This document shows positions 15,467 to 27,200 of a stretch of DNA of 64,000 nt, in pieces. A program made the translations under genes and the position numbers. The stretch lies in assembly GCF_009914755.1 (NCBI RefSeq), contig NC_060926.1. One strand, 5' to 3'. The notes under the pieces were generated by a model. That model saw only the letters and a program-made list of their open reading frames with translations. It was not told the DNA's origin and did not search any database. Positions within the stretch are counted from its first letter, which is position 1, and every line of letters starts with the position of its first letter. The stretch is from the human T2T-CHM13v2.0 reference genome, Homo sapiens.

Positions 15467-15523
15467 TGTCCAGCAAGACCATCTCTCATGAAGCTTGCTC
15501 TTGAGGAGATAGAGTCACAGGAG
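15467..15523 (+). other. Candidate spliced exon (57 nt)
   Basis: Branch-like CTGAT (15432-15436), ~40-nt pyrimidine tract, TAG| acceptor, GAG|GTGAGC donor; phase-0 frame open. Confidence 0.35.
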
Positions 15524-16214
15524 GTGAGCAAGGACTAACCTGAAAAGATCCCCTCTAGCCCCACCCTGCCCTGGCTGCAGCCTCAGGAAATGGCAGGTGG
15601 AGCTCATCATCAGGCCTGGCTCCAACGCCCCCTTGCTTTTCTATGAAATATTTCTCTTCGCTTGTAGCATTGCATCTTCTTCTGCCAGGCTGTGAGCTGG
15701 AACTAAGCATCCCAGCTGGGGGCATTCCTCAGCACAGAGGGGAGCTTAAGCAAAGTTTGCAGAAAGTGCCTCCTGGGGCAAATGGCCTGCACTGGCTTCA
15801 GTCTGATGTGGTGGAGGCTGTCACTGCATATCTCAGACAGATTCTCCCTGCTCCTTTACCCCTGAGTTTTCTCTTTGCAACTTCCCTCCTCAGTTGTTTG
15901 CAGGAAGCAGCAATTAAGAGTTTGCCTTGTGTTGTTGGAGCTCCTCGAGCTTAACTCTGAAGCCCTTGGCTGGGCAGACCTCCTGTGGGTCCTTCTGAGG
16001 GCTTGGGGCTCGGTAGATAATTTAGAGCCAGTTTGGTTCCACGGATGGGGCCCACCCCACATCCCCAGGCTTCACCTGTAGCACAGGAGGGGCCAGACCT
16101 GCTCACTTTCAGGTGTACCCTGATCTGGGGACTCTGCCAAGCTCATAGCCAGGGCTCAGCCTGTTCCAGTATCATACTGGGGGTCTGAGCACAGCTTAGT
16201 AGGATAGGAGGCAG

Positions 16215-17595
16215 GGCTCAGATAGACCCAGACCATGGTTTGGAAATATCACGTTCCACTAAGAGGAATCAGGCACCTTGGAAAAATAGCCAATTCTAGG
16301 GCTGGAGCGGAGATACATGAGCTCGGAATACCTTGTGGCTGTGAGCCAGGTAGTACTCAAAGAATGACAGGAACATGTCAAAAGGACACAGCAGCCAGCT
16401 TTAAGGAGCTCCCACTGGCTGTGTTCAGGACAATTTGAGCATCAAAATAGTGATAATAATGGATTCTAGTCTATTTACTACGACAGGAATCTTTGAGCCC
16501 ATACTGATAAAAAATGAATATTAATAAATTGAATGTTCAATGAAAAACAGGGCATTTACATAATCTCAATGTATTTCCCCACAAAATACTTAATTACAAA
16601 AGGGAAAATAATAATTTACAGTGGAGAAACTGGCAGACACCACCATAATCAAGTGACCAAAGTAAACATCACCAGTCATGGGACAAATAGAAATCACGTG
16701 GCACCTGGTAAAATCAACGCCAAGAGCACAGGAGGATTGTTGCGATGTGACTATTTGTGTGGAAAGGTGAGACTACAAATTCTACAAAATGGGTGGCTTG
16801 CGATTTCCAAAACCATCAAGGTTCTGAAAATCAAGGAAAAGTTGGAAGAACTGTTTCAGACTAACCGAAGAAGACTAAGGAGAATTGCCTGTTAAGTGTG
16901 ATGTATGATCCTGGCCTCAATCCTTTTACTTTAACATATTTGGGACTATTGCACAACTTGAATTTGTCTAAGAATTAGAATGGTAATTGTATTAGTCTGT
17001 TCTTACACTGCTATAAAGAACTACCTGATACTGGGTAATTTATGAAGAAGAGAGGTTTAGTTGAATAACAGTTCTGCAGGCTTAACAGGAAGCATGACTG
17101 GGAGGCCTCAGGAAACTTACAATCATGGTGGAAGGCGAAGGGTAAGCAAGCACATCTTCACAATGGCAGAGCAGGGAACAGGTGAGAGAGAGGAGGGAAG
17201 TGCAACACTTTCACACCATCGGATCTCATGAGAACTCCCTCACTATCCTGAGAACAATATGTGGGAAACTGCCCCCATAATCCAATCACCTCCCACCAGG
17301 TCCCTCCCTTGACATGTGGGGATTACAATTCAGATGAGATTTGGGTGGGCACACAGAGTCAAACCATATCTGTAGTGATATATCAGTCTTAATGAATAGA
17401 TTTCAATGGTGGTTTGTGGTTATGTCAAAGAATATTCTTTTTTGTAGGAAATACACAATAAAGTATTCAGGGGTCATGGGGCATTATGTGGCAAACGTGC
17501 TCATTTGTTTCAGGGTAAAACAATGCTGCTCTTACAAACATTCTGTACATTTGAGATTGTTTCACAAAGTTTTAAAATCATTTAATTAATTAAAT
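16215..17595 (+). mobile_element. L1MC-type 3' UTR fragment, interrupted by THE1D
   Basis: CCACTAAGAGGAATCAGG...TCTAGGGCTGGAGC...ATGTCAAAAGGACACAG...TTTACAGTGGAGAAACTGGCAGACACCACC typical of L1MC3/4 3' end. Confidence 0.75.
16988..17371 (-). mobile_element. THE1D-like MaLR solo LTR
   Basis: TGTATTAGTC...AACAGGAAGCATGACTGGGAGGCCTCAGGAAACTTACAATCATGG...AAACCATATC; 5-bp TSD GTAAT/GTAGT. Confidence 0.92.
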
Positions 17596-17759
17596 GAAAC
17601 CCTGTACCTACAGTTAAATTCAGAATTGAGACATCTATTTCCACAGAAGTTTAAGTGTAAAGAAGTTAGAGGCTTTATGTGGATACATACTCAATATCCG
17701 AATAATATAAAAATGGCAATGATATTATATAGCTTGAAATATTATTCAGATTAAAAATA

Positions 17760-17862
17760 ATCACATGAGACTCTGAGGGCAGAAACGTGTCTATTTTATT
17801 TACTACTACTGTATTCTCAGCAGAGGATTTGGCATTAATAAATATTTGTTAAATAAATGAAT
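17760..17862 (+). mobile_element. L2 3' end
   Basis: TGAGGGCAGAAAC...AATAAATATTTGTTAAATAAATGAAT. Confidence 0.75.
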
Positions 17863-17929
17863 AATATGTGGCAAATAATAAGACCCCAATAAATGGTAAT
17901 TTTTAAACTGTTGTTGTTACTTATAAGGA

Positions 17930-18971
17930 TGGAAGTCAACCATGTGAAGCTGCCAAAATGTTGGTCTTAGGGTGGCACAAGGTAAACAATAGCTCAAACA
18001 CATATCACAATAGTCCTGCCAAATCTGGACAATCATGCTCAGTTCTAAATGCAATATTTTAAGCTCTATCAGATTTAATTGATCTCAGCTGTAAATAACA
18101 GGATACTTGATTTACAATGTCTTAAATAAATGCAGGTTTGATCTTCTCATCACACTGAAAGTCTGGAAGAAGGCAGTTGGTGGTGGCAATTCTCATTTCA
18201 ACAGTTTCATTGCCTGAGTCTCTGAGATATTTTTGGCCTCTCCCTCATGGTGATAAGATGACTACCCCAGTTCCAGGCATCAGATGCCCTTCCAAGGGGG
18301 CAAGAAAAGGTGAAGGGACTATGCTAGTAGCATCTATCACTACAATTAAAAAGGCAAAAACTTCCTTATAAGCCCTTCACTAGGTCTCTGTTTATGTATG
18401 ATTGGCTAGAACTGGGTCACATGGCCACCCCTAGTTATAGGGAAGATTGAGAAAGGCAGCGTTTTGTTTTTCATGCTTTACATTGGGAGTAGCCAAAGCA
18501 AAAGAATTGCAAATGTCTGCTGAGTTAGCCAATGAACAGTGTCCGCCGTAGATGGACACCAACCAAAACATGTCCAGAGGAACACAACTGGGATGCTAAG
18601 GGGTGTAGAGGTCATGTCCTGTATGGCTTGGTGGAAGGAACTGAAGTTGTTTGGACTGAAACAGAAACAACTTAGGAGGATGTAGCAGTCACCTGATAGA
18701 TCTGTCACATGGAAAGGGAATTTACTTTCTCTGTACTGATACAGAAGACAAAAGTTAAGACTACAGGTGGGAGGTATAAAGAGGGGCCCCTGGTCTTAGG
18801 CTGGCCCTCCTTCACATGGCTGCTTTGTGAGGGAGTGAGAGACCCTTGCCTGGAAGTGGCCAGCAGTGGCTAGACTATCACATATCAGGGACATCCTCCA
18901 TGGCATGGGGGACTAGAGTGAAGAAGCTAAAGTGTGACTTCCAAAGCACAGATTCACTGAATTTTCTGTGA
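17930..18971 (+). mobile_element. L3/CR1 LINE 3' relic, split by an MLT1 LTR
   Basis: TGTCCAGAGGA...TGGAAGGAACTGAAGTTGTTTGGACTG...TTCCAAAGCACAGATTCACTGA pattern of L3 3' end. Confidence 0.55.
18068..18550 (-). mobile_element. MLT1 (K/L-like) MaLR LTR
   Basis: CAGCTGTAAATAACAG...CTCATGGTGATAAGATG...ATTGGCTAGAACTGGGTCACATGGCCACCCCTAG. Confidence 0.75.
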
Positions 18972-20575
18972 CCCAGTCAGAAGCCAGGCCCACGAAGAAG
19001 TGGGCTGGTTTTGCTCCTGCATAACTTTGTTTTCAATACCTTCTTGGTAAAAGGGAGCATCTTTCTTCTGAAGAAGTCAAAACACTAATTTATTTCTTTA
19101 GTCACATCCTACCGGGCTTCTTCTTTCCTGCACATAGCTTCAGGGGTGTTTTATCTACTCATTCACTTGAACTTGTGCGTAACTGAGGAAAGAGTGCTAC
19201 CTCCTCACTGATGAATGCAACAGGAACTTTATGCTGGGCAGAGGGTTAGAGCAGAAAGAGTGGCATTTTGACCCCAGGCTTGAGTTGTCCTTAGAGACGA
19301 AGATAATACACTATCTGCTTGACTCACGCAGTTGTAGGACTAAGTGTTGCTGAGTGCTTTGAAAATCTTCAAGTGCTGAACTAATGACAACTATTACAAT
19401 AGATATGATTATTCTGTCTTCTGTCCTGTCACAGAGAGAATATCAAATACCTGGATCCCCAGCTGGAGAACCTTTAAATTGGTGTAAAAGTCTGTCTCCC
19501 CACAAGTGTTTTCTGTTCGCTGGGGCTTCACTAGCAGTTGTTTGAATGTTTCATGAGTTTTGTTTTGAGCCTTCTAAATTGGCAGTGATTTTTCTGCTTC
19601 TGTCTCTAGAGGCTTGAGCCAAAAAGATCAGCCTGAGTTAGTTCTTCCCCGGCCCTTGTAGCTGCATCTCTGCTGCTGCAGCCCAGCCCTTGGTCCAGGA
19701 TCTGACCCAGAGGGGCCCAGGAAATGTAAACCACCTTCGGGAAGAGTGTGCTTTTCATGACCCAAATAGGCAAACATCACCTGCAGAGGAGCAATTTAAA
19801 TTACTGTTGCTGAAGAGAAGATAGGGAATTGGACTTATAGTACATAAAAGGAAATGGAAGCTTCAGTTAAGTAGTTTGCCTGAGGTTGCATGTTTTACAA
19901 GATTGTGTTCAGTTTTTGAAACAAGAGTTTCTGACTTCACAGCTTGTCGGTATATAAACGTCACACACAGGATGGCTAGGCTGAGGTCGGATCTTAACAG
20001 ATTTGAGTTAGAATGACAGGAAAGGAGGCAGGGTGGTCGTGTGGTGAGGCTAAGAACCTGGAAAATGACCATTATTTAAAGATACCAGGAGTTCTTCAGC
20101 TGCTGGAGATGGATAATTCCATTCACCTTTGGGGAAGAATACTTCTCTGTTTGAGGAAAATGGCCACCACAATGGGTATTTTTTTGTGCTGAAAAGCACT
20201 TGCAGGAGTTGATGGAAATGGGACTATGAGAGACTTAGGGACTAGACTGTGGGTAGCTGTTTCTGGATCCAAGGGAATTAGGTAGGAGAAGATGCCAGTG
20301 TTGCTCCTAGGACATGTGGAGCACCAGGTGATATTTCTATAGGGTCCCTGCCTATATTAACCATTCGTACATTAACCAAATGTACTGCAAATTCATGGGT
20401 CTATTTTAGATAGAACCATTTACAAATAAAAATTCAGAATAAAGGATAGAAAAGAGATATGTCTGTATGTGTTTGTTGTTTAATCAGTGCACCTGAAGAT
20501 TCTTTGTAATGTACTGAAAAGGTAGCGATGGTGATGTGACTCACAGTTCTGTGGCTCTTTGGAACCCACTTGTAA

Positions 20576-20870
<295 letters not shown>

Positions 20871-22434
20871 CATTTGTGATTTAACAATGTAGAAATTCTT
20901 ACCTCTGCAGTTCCCTTATAGTTTATTTAATACTGGTGATATCATAACTCATGACTATATCATACATCCTGCCACCTGGCTGCCAATCACTCTGGAAGGT
21001 TGTTCTGGGCTTCATTGATGATGACCACAAATGAGATTCTTACTTAGAATATGCAGGAAAATGTGAATGGTAATTTGTTTTCTGCTCACTTTAAATGTAC
21101 TGATAGGAACTGTACAGCAAAAACATTCTCTTCCCATCTTGTCTTCTCCTAAACTCATGAATCCAGTAATCATTGTATTCCAACAACGTGATGTCTTTCA
21201 GTGTTTACCCACCCCAGCTTTGCAAACACTGCCACCAGCAGGGAGGATAAGTGGGAGGAGGGGGGTGCACAGTGGGGACAGAGCCAGAAGATCCAACCCA
21301 TTCATGTAAAGTCAGTCCCTTGTCCCAAAAGGCTTAAGACCGACCTGAGACACCAAGACATCATTGATAGTAAAGGCCAGTTGGCATTGAGGAGCAACAA
21401 CCTCTAAGTCCCCCCAGGAAGTAGACAAGACCACCCCTGGGGAGGGTCTAACATGTGGCCTGGGGCCTGTGGGAGGGTGGGGTGACCACCTTGTGTGCCA
21501 GTGATGGTGGGGTGCACATAGGATACAGGATGCCCACTGCCAAGCAAACCGTCATCCCCACTGCCCCACCGTGCTGTGTGCTGGAAGTGGCACTGCAGTA
21601 GGAACACCCGTGGGTGAGCGTCAGGGCGTGGCTGACACATGCACAGCTCCAGCACAACTCTGCCGTGGGCTGTGGGTACCCCAAAGGCCTGAACTTGTCC
21701 TTGCCATAAGTGAGAATTACTCCAGATCCGCATGTTCTCACCTTTCCCATGGCCCAAGCTCTCGTGATCCCTGAGCACAATACTGCACAAGCTAATGAGA
21801 GCAATCCACCTACCAAGCCTTCTTTCTGGGAGCAAGTCCTGGACACAAGTGCCAGGAAACACCTCAAATTTTGAGAAGGGCGTTCCAAAGCAGAGGGGTC
21901 GTGTGTGGGACAGACCCACTTGCCTGGATCTAAGGGTGGTAGGAAAGCTCTCGCTCCCTGCCTCTGCCTCCTACTGAGTACCTCTGAAAAGAGGCAGTGT
22001 GGAGGGTTTGCAGAAGGTATCTTCAGTGGCTCTGGGGTGCAGTGTCCCTACTCCCTCTGATGGTTTGGAAGGTAAGGGGAGAAGCCAAAAGTAGCTGGAA
22101 AGAGTAGCTGATGGTCATAGAATGGTTTATGGGCACGTAGTGGTATCTGTTAAAGAACTTTCAGAAATTATTGGTCGATACTTCAGAGTAGGCCGAAGTG
22201 ATTGGGAGATAAGGGACTGAGGTCCAGCAATCCCCCTTGATGTGGGGATTGCAAGTTTGATCTCATTTCACACTTGGGGTGATGAGGCCTAAAAGGTGAT
22301 TTTTAAAAAAATCTTACTTGCTTTGATATTCATACCTATTTATACAAGTATTTGCAAAAGAGATGTTTCAAACCTTCTTTTAATTAAACAGCACATTGTG
22401 ATTTACTTCTGAAATCAATAATTATTCATTCTAG

Positions 22435-22832
22435 TTTTTTAATTTTGAAAGTAAACTTTACATCAGGTAACATGCATGGATTACAAAGGTATGAGTCTTA
22501 ACAGATACATACAGCTGGGTAACCACCATCCCAGTCAAGACACAGACTATTTCCATTAACCCAGGAAGTTCTCCAGTTAAACCCATCCCCATGGGCAACC
22601 ACTGTTCTGATTTCTATGACAGTGAATTAGTTTTGCAGGTTCTAGAACTTCGTACAAATGAAATCATACATTATTTACTCTTTTTGGTTGGCTTCTTTCA
22701 CTGAATATGTTTTTGAGATTCATCCATGTTGTAAAAATTATTTTTTTATAGCTGAGTTTATTCTTTTTACATTCTACTGTATGGCTGAACAGTTAATCCG
22801 TTTTCCTGTCACTAGACCTTGGGTTGTTTCCA
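22435..22832 (-). mobile_element. L1MB/ME 3' UTR fragment
   Basis: GTAACCACCATCCCAGTCAAGA...GGCAACCACTGTTCTGATTTCTAT...GAGATTCATCCATGTTG. Confidence 0.8.
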
Positions 22833-22842
22833 TTGCCTATGA

Positions 22843-23133
22843 TTTTTTTTTTTTTTTTTTGAGACAGAATCTCACCCTGTCACCCAGGCTGGAGTGCAGT
22901 GGCGCAATCTCAGCTCACTGCAACCCCCGCCCCCCGGGTTCAAGTGATTCTCCTGCCTCAGCCTCCTAGTAGCTGGAATTACAGGCATGTGCCAACCATG
23001 CCCAGCTGTTTTATATTTGTGGTAGGGTGGGTTTCACCATGATGGTCAGGCTGGTATCAAACTCCTCAAGTGTTCAGCTTGCCTTGGCCTCCCAAAGTGC
23101 TAGGATTACATATGTGAGCCACTGCACCCGGCC
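22843..23133 (-). mobile_element. AluS
   Basis: Full reverse Alu; diverged TSD ATTGCCTATGATTT / ATTGCCTTTGGTTT. Confidence 0.95.
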
Positions 23134-24484
23134 TATTGCCTTTGGTTTTAAGCTGTGTTCGAAGTGCCTTGGGATCATGGTGGGAGTCCATCACCAAGTT
23201 CCAAAGCAGAGGGGTCGTGTGTAAAACAGAAACTTCTATTTGTTTTCCATTTGTTTTTCTTACATGTTGGGATCTCTGTGAAATAGGTTTAGCTGCTAAC
23301 ATAGAGTTTAAACTGCTGTAACTCACATTAATGAAAAAAAATTGTTTAGCTTTTCAAGTGTCTGGGATTCCCTTTCTTGTCCATCCTTCGGTGCAGCATC
23401 CATGTTGAAGGAGAGGCCAAAAGGTAAGTCATAAACCAGTAAACAAGGTGCAGCCACAGCTGCCTGATGATTGGCTGCCAAGTAGACCTGTCCAGATATG
23501 CCACTTTGGCTCACTTTGATGAGTAACACCACTCCTGGAACAATAGCCCTTCTGTAATTAACAAAGTTCCCAAAATGAATTGGACTCCGACTGTCTGCCA
23601 CATTCTAAAACAATGAACCAACTGAAGGCTGAGATGGGAACCTCTGCTTCAGCTGAAGTTTAGGTCAGACATGTAAATACAAAGGACTAAACAAAACTGT
23701 CTGGAGTGTCTCCAACTTATCATTCACCTAGAAAGTGGAATGTGGGTGACATATCTCTCATAGCAAGAAGGTGAGGGAGGGGAGACAAGGTTGCACTTCT
23801 CAAGGCAGGTCCATCACCTGAGTTTGCTGAGGCCCAGCTAGGAGAGTTGGATGAAGCAGGAAGTGTGGATATCACATAATTGGATTTTCAAAGTGAGTTT
23901 TCTATTCCAGCTCTTTGTTCTTCTCTATACCCAAAATACTGGGCCAAGAGGAAATGTAAGACTGGGTCCACCAACCCAGCTCTCCAAAGAGATCCACAGT
24001 GACTCACTTACATTCTCCACCATCCACAGCCAGTCTCACTTTCCTTGTTGAGTCCTCATCTAGTTTCATAGGAAGTTTTATAGCTTCTACTTTTTGACCA
24101 ATAAACTCAGAAATACATTTGCTACCCAAACATCTCCAGTATATAAGACCGTGTAGTCTGGACAATCTATTCTCATTGGTCATTTTCTTTGTCCTAATTT
24201 TATTCTGTATTTATATTTCACTTCATGCACTGTATATTTCCTGTATGCTGCTTTTAATCCTTTGTGGAATGAGGTGGGGTATGAATAAATAAATAAATAA
24301 TAAAGCCTGACCTTGGAGCTAAATTAAAACAACGCACGTCTCTTCTGTACCCCCACCCAGCAGTTGGTACAGTTGGGCTGTTGATACAATAGCTCCTTCT
24401 TCCTGCAGAAAGAGTGGGCTGGGCAAACAGGTGTGTAGCTGCCTCTGGGGATGATATTATCCAAGCTTCTCACCCTTTGAACTT

Positions 24485-25890
24485 CCATTCATTCTTTCAT
24501 TTATTGAACAAGTATATATTGAGCACTTAATATATGTCAGGTGCTAGGGGGACAGAAACAAGGTTGCTGCTCTCATGGAATCTTCACTGTAGTGAGGGAG
24601 ACAAAAGACAAGCAACTGAACAACAACAAAAATCACATGATTTGGTGAGACCCTGTCTCTATTAAAAATATAAAAAATTAGCCAGGCGTGGTGGCAGGCA
24701 CCTGTAATCCCAGCTACTCAGGAGGCTGAGGCAGGAGAATCACTTGAACCCAGCAGGCAGAGGTTGCAGTGGGCTGAGATTGTGCCACTGCACTCACAGC
24801 AAGACTGTCTCAAAAACAAAAAAACAACAACAGAAAAAACTTACGTGATTTCAGATAAGTGCTGTAAAGAAAATAAATGATGGTAAGGTGATTATTGTTT
24901 TAATGAGGGTGGGCAGGGAAGGCCTCTCTCTGAGGATATTTGAACGAAGACATGAATCAAAAGAAGGAGGTGAGCCAAAGAAGGGACTTCTAGTCAGAAG
25001 AAGCAACCACGCAAAGGCCCTGTGGCTGGAATGTTCTTGACCCTTTCTGAAAATGAGGAAGAAGTTCTGGAATGTGGCTGAAGCCTGGCAAGTAAGGAGT
25101 GGGGGGTGACAGTAGTAGGAGATGAGGAGCTAGATCATGTTAGGCCTCATATGCTGCAGGAAAGAGATTGAAATTTATTCTGAGTATGGTGGGAAGTTAT
25201 TGAACCTTTTGAACAAGAGAGCAGGGTGAAGTGATTTCTAATTTGAAAGGAGCTCTCTGGCTGCTGCGTGCTGAGTTGACTAAAGTGGAACATAAGTGGA
25301 AGCTGGGGGATTAGTGAGAATGCCTCTGCCATAGTGCAGGGAAGAGATGCTGGCTTGGACCAGAACGCTCATGGAGGAGATGGCGAGGTGGTCAAATTTC
25401 ACTAAGAAGGAAAACACCATTAATTAAACAATGGCACACCATCAGTTGTCAGATGTGTTCTGAATTCATAGACTTTATCATATGAGGGGAAAAGTGTGTC
25501 TTAGAATCAATGAAATGTGATATTCAGAAAGCAGAATCCAAAAGTGTTGCTGACAGATAGGATGTGGAGGGGCAAGAGAAGAGAAGACTCAAGGATGACC
25601 CCTAGGCTTCTGGCTTGAGCAAATGGGCAAACAATGGTGCTGTTATTGACTAGGAATGGGAAGACTGAGGGGGGCACAGCACTGGAGACAGGCAGAAAAG
25701 GCAGGGGGCGTGAGAGTCTGTCTTGGCCATGTCATTGTGAGCTGCCTACTAGACATCCACGTGGAGATGTGAGCCCTGCTTCAACCAACCGAACTTGGAT
25801 ATATGAGTCTGGAGCTCAGGGGAGGTGCGGGCTAAGCATATAAATTTGAGACTCCTCAAAACTGAGATTGTTAATAGCCATGAATTAGGG
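24485..25890 (-). mobile_element. L2a fragment interrupted by a truncated Alu and a small DNA-element relic (~25400-25520)
   Basis: CATTCATTC...ATTGAGCACTT...GGGAAGGCCTCTCT...AAGGATGACCCCTAGGCTTCTGGCTTGAGC...GAGTCTGGAGCTCAGGGGAG. Confidence 0.85.
24643..24835 (+). mobile_element. 5'-truncated AluS (end of left arm + right arm, small 3' deletion)
   Basis: TGGTGAGACCCTGTCTCTATTAAAAAT...GCACTCACAGCAAGACTGTCTCAAAAAC; diverged TSD AAAATCACATGATT / AAACTTACGTGATT. Confidence 0.9.
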
Positions 25891-26032
25891 AGCAATCGCT
25901 CTATTCTTCTTTTCTGGCACCCCACTCAGAGACCTTCTCAGGCCAGCATGCTGCAGAAAGCAGAGTTGGGGGAGCAGGAGGAACTTATGTCACTGTGTAC
26001 CCCATCTTCTCCCCAGGACCCTCCTGCATACC

Positions 26033-26580
26033 TGTCCTACCTAGGGTTCCTCCAACAAGCAAAGCCTGAGACAAAGACTTTAATGCAATGAGTTTATTTT
26101 GGGAACTGAATTCAAAGAGCCAGAGGAACTTGGATAACGAAAGGAGAAAAGAGAGAAGCCAATCTGAGGGCACTTGATGGAGCTGGTCACCACCGTGGCA
26201 GCTGAATCCCACTGGGAGCTTCTGAGAAGCCATGTAGAATGCACCTTAGCATTGTCCACCTGAGACTCAGGAGAGGGGAGAATTCATCCACCCTCTCCCA
26301 TACCCCATTGGTCAGCAGTTGCCCCGGGGGGTTAACTCTCTCAGACTTCTGGGTGTGTGCCTGTTCCAGCAAGGCTGAGTGAGCTCTCCCTGGTTTCACA
26401 GTTGGTGGAGGTAGGAAGTCCTGGGATAGAAAGTGACAGATGAAGAAGCAGCTGAGGCAAGGGGCTGCCAGACTACACCGGGACACAGCTGGTTCCAGCA
26501 GAGCAAAATGCGGGCCCAGGGATGTGAGCCAGCATGTGATAGGTGTCTGCCAGGGTACCCTGGAGCCCTGCCAGAAATCT
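26033..26580 (-). mobile_element. LTR33-family (ERVL) LTR
   Basis: TGTCCTACCTAGGGTTCC...AGCCTGAGACAAAG...GTTTATTTTGGGA...AAGCCAAT...CATTGGTCAGCAGTTGCCCC. Confidence 0.7.
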
Positions 26581-27200
26581 GAGTCAGCATTTGAAGGAGG
26601 GTGCCCATGAGGGCCCGGAGATACATGGGACACAGAAATACAGTATAAAATGAGACAATTATGCAAGGTCAACTGAATTGTAATACTTCATCCATCTGAA
26701 TTTCTGGAGGCAGGAGGCTTTTCAGACGGATTTGCTTGTTACTATGATACAGGATTAAAGTGCTTCATTCCAACTGTCTCTCCTTTCCATTTCTGACACA
26801 GAGAACGTTCCTCCCAGGATGGCAGGTAGTCCCTAGAGTTTGGCAGAATCCCAGGTCCCGTTCATCTGTGTTTGTGACTTGGGTGGAGACATGTGACTAT
26901 TGTCCTGGTCTACGGGTCTTTGGCCTCTCACTCAAAAATGGATGAGTGATATCTTCCATGACCCAGAATTGATTTTCTTTGGCCCACCTTGAGGTCATAT
27001 TGCCTGGGAGTTGACACCATCAGCTCTGGCTTAACTCTGTGCTGGGACTTGCTGTAGTCAAGGTGGGACTCATGGCGGGGAGGCATCTCCAGGATGTCCT
27101 GGTGCCCCAAATGAGCTAATTCTGGAGTGCACGGGTGTACATCAAGGATATAGGATTTCTCAGTGTGCTCTGATCTGGTCTTCATGAATTTTTATAGTAG

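Noticed and set aside
21462-21482. Canonical G-quadruplex motif (another at 59736-59759)
   Set aside because: Such motifs are frequent genome-wide and there is no promoter context here.
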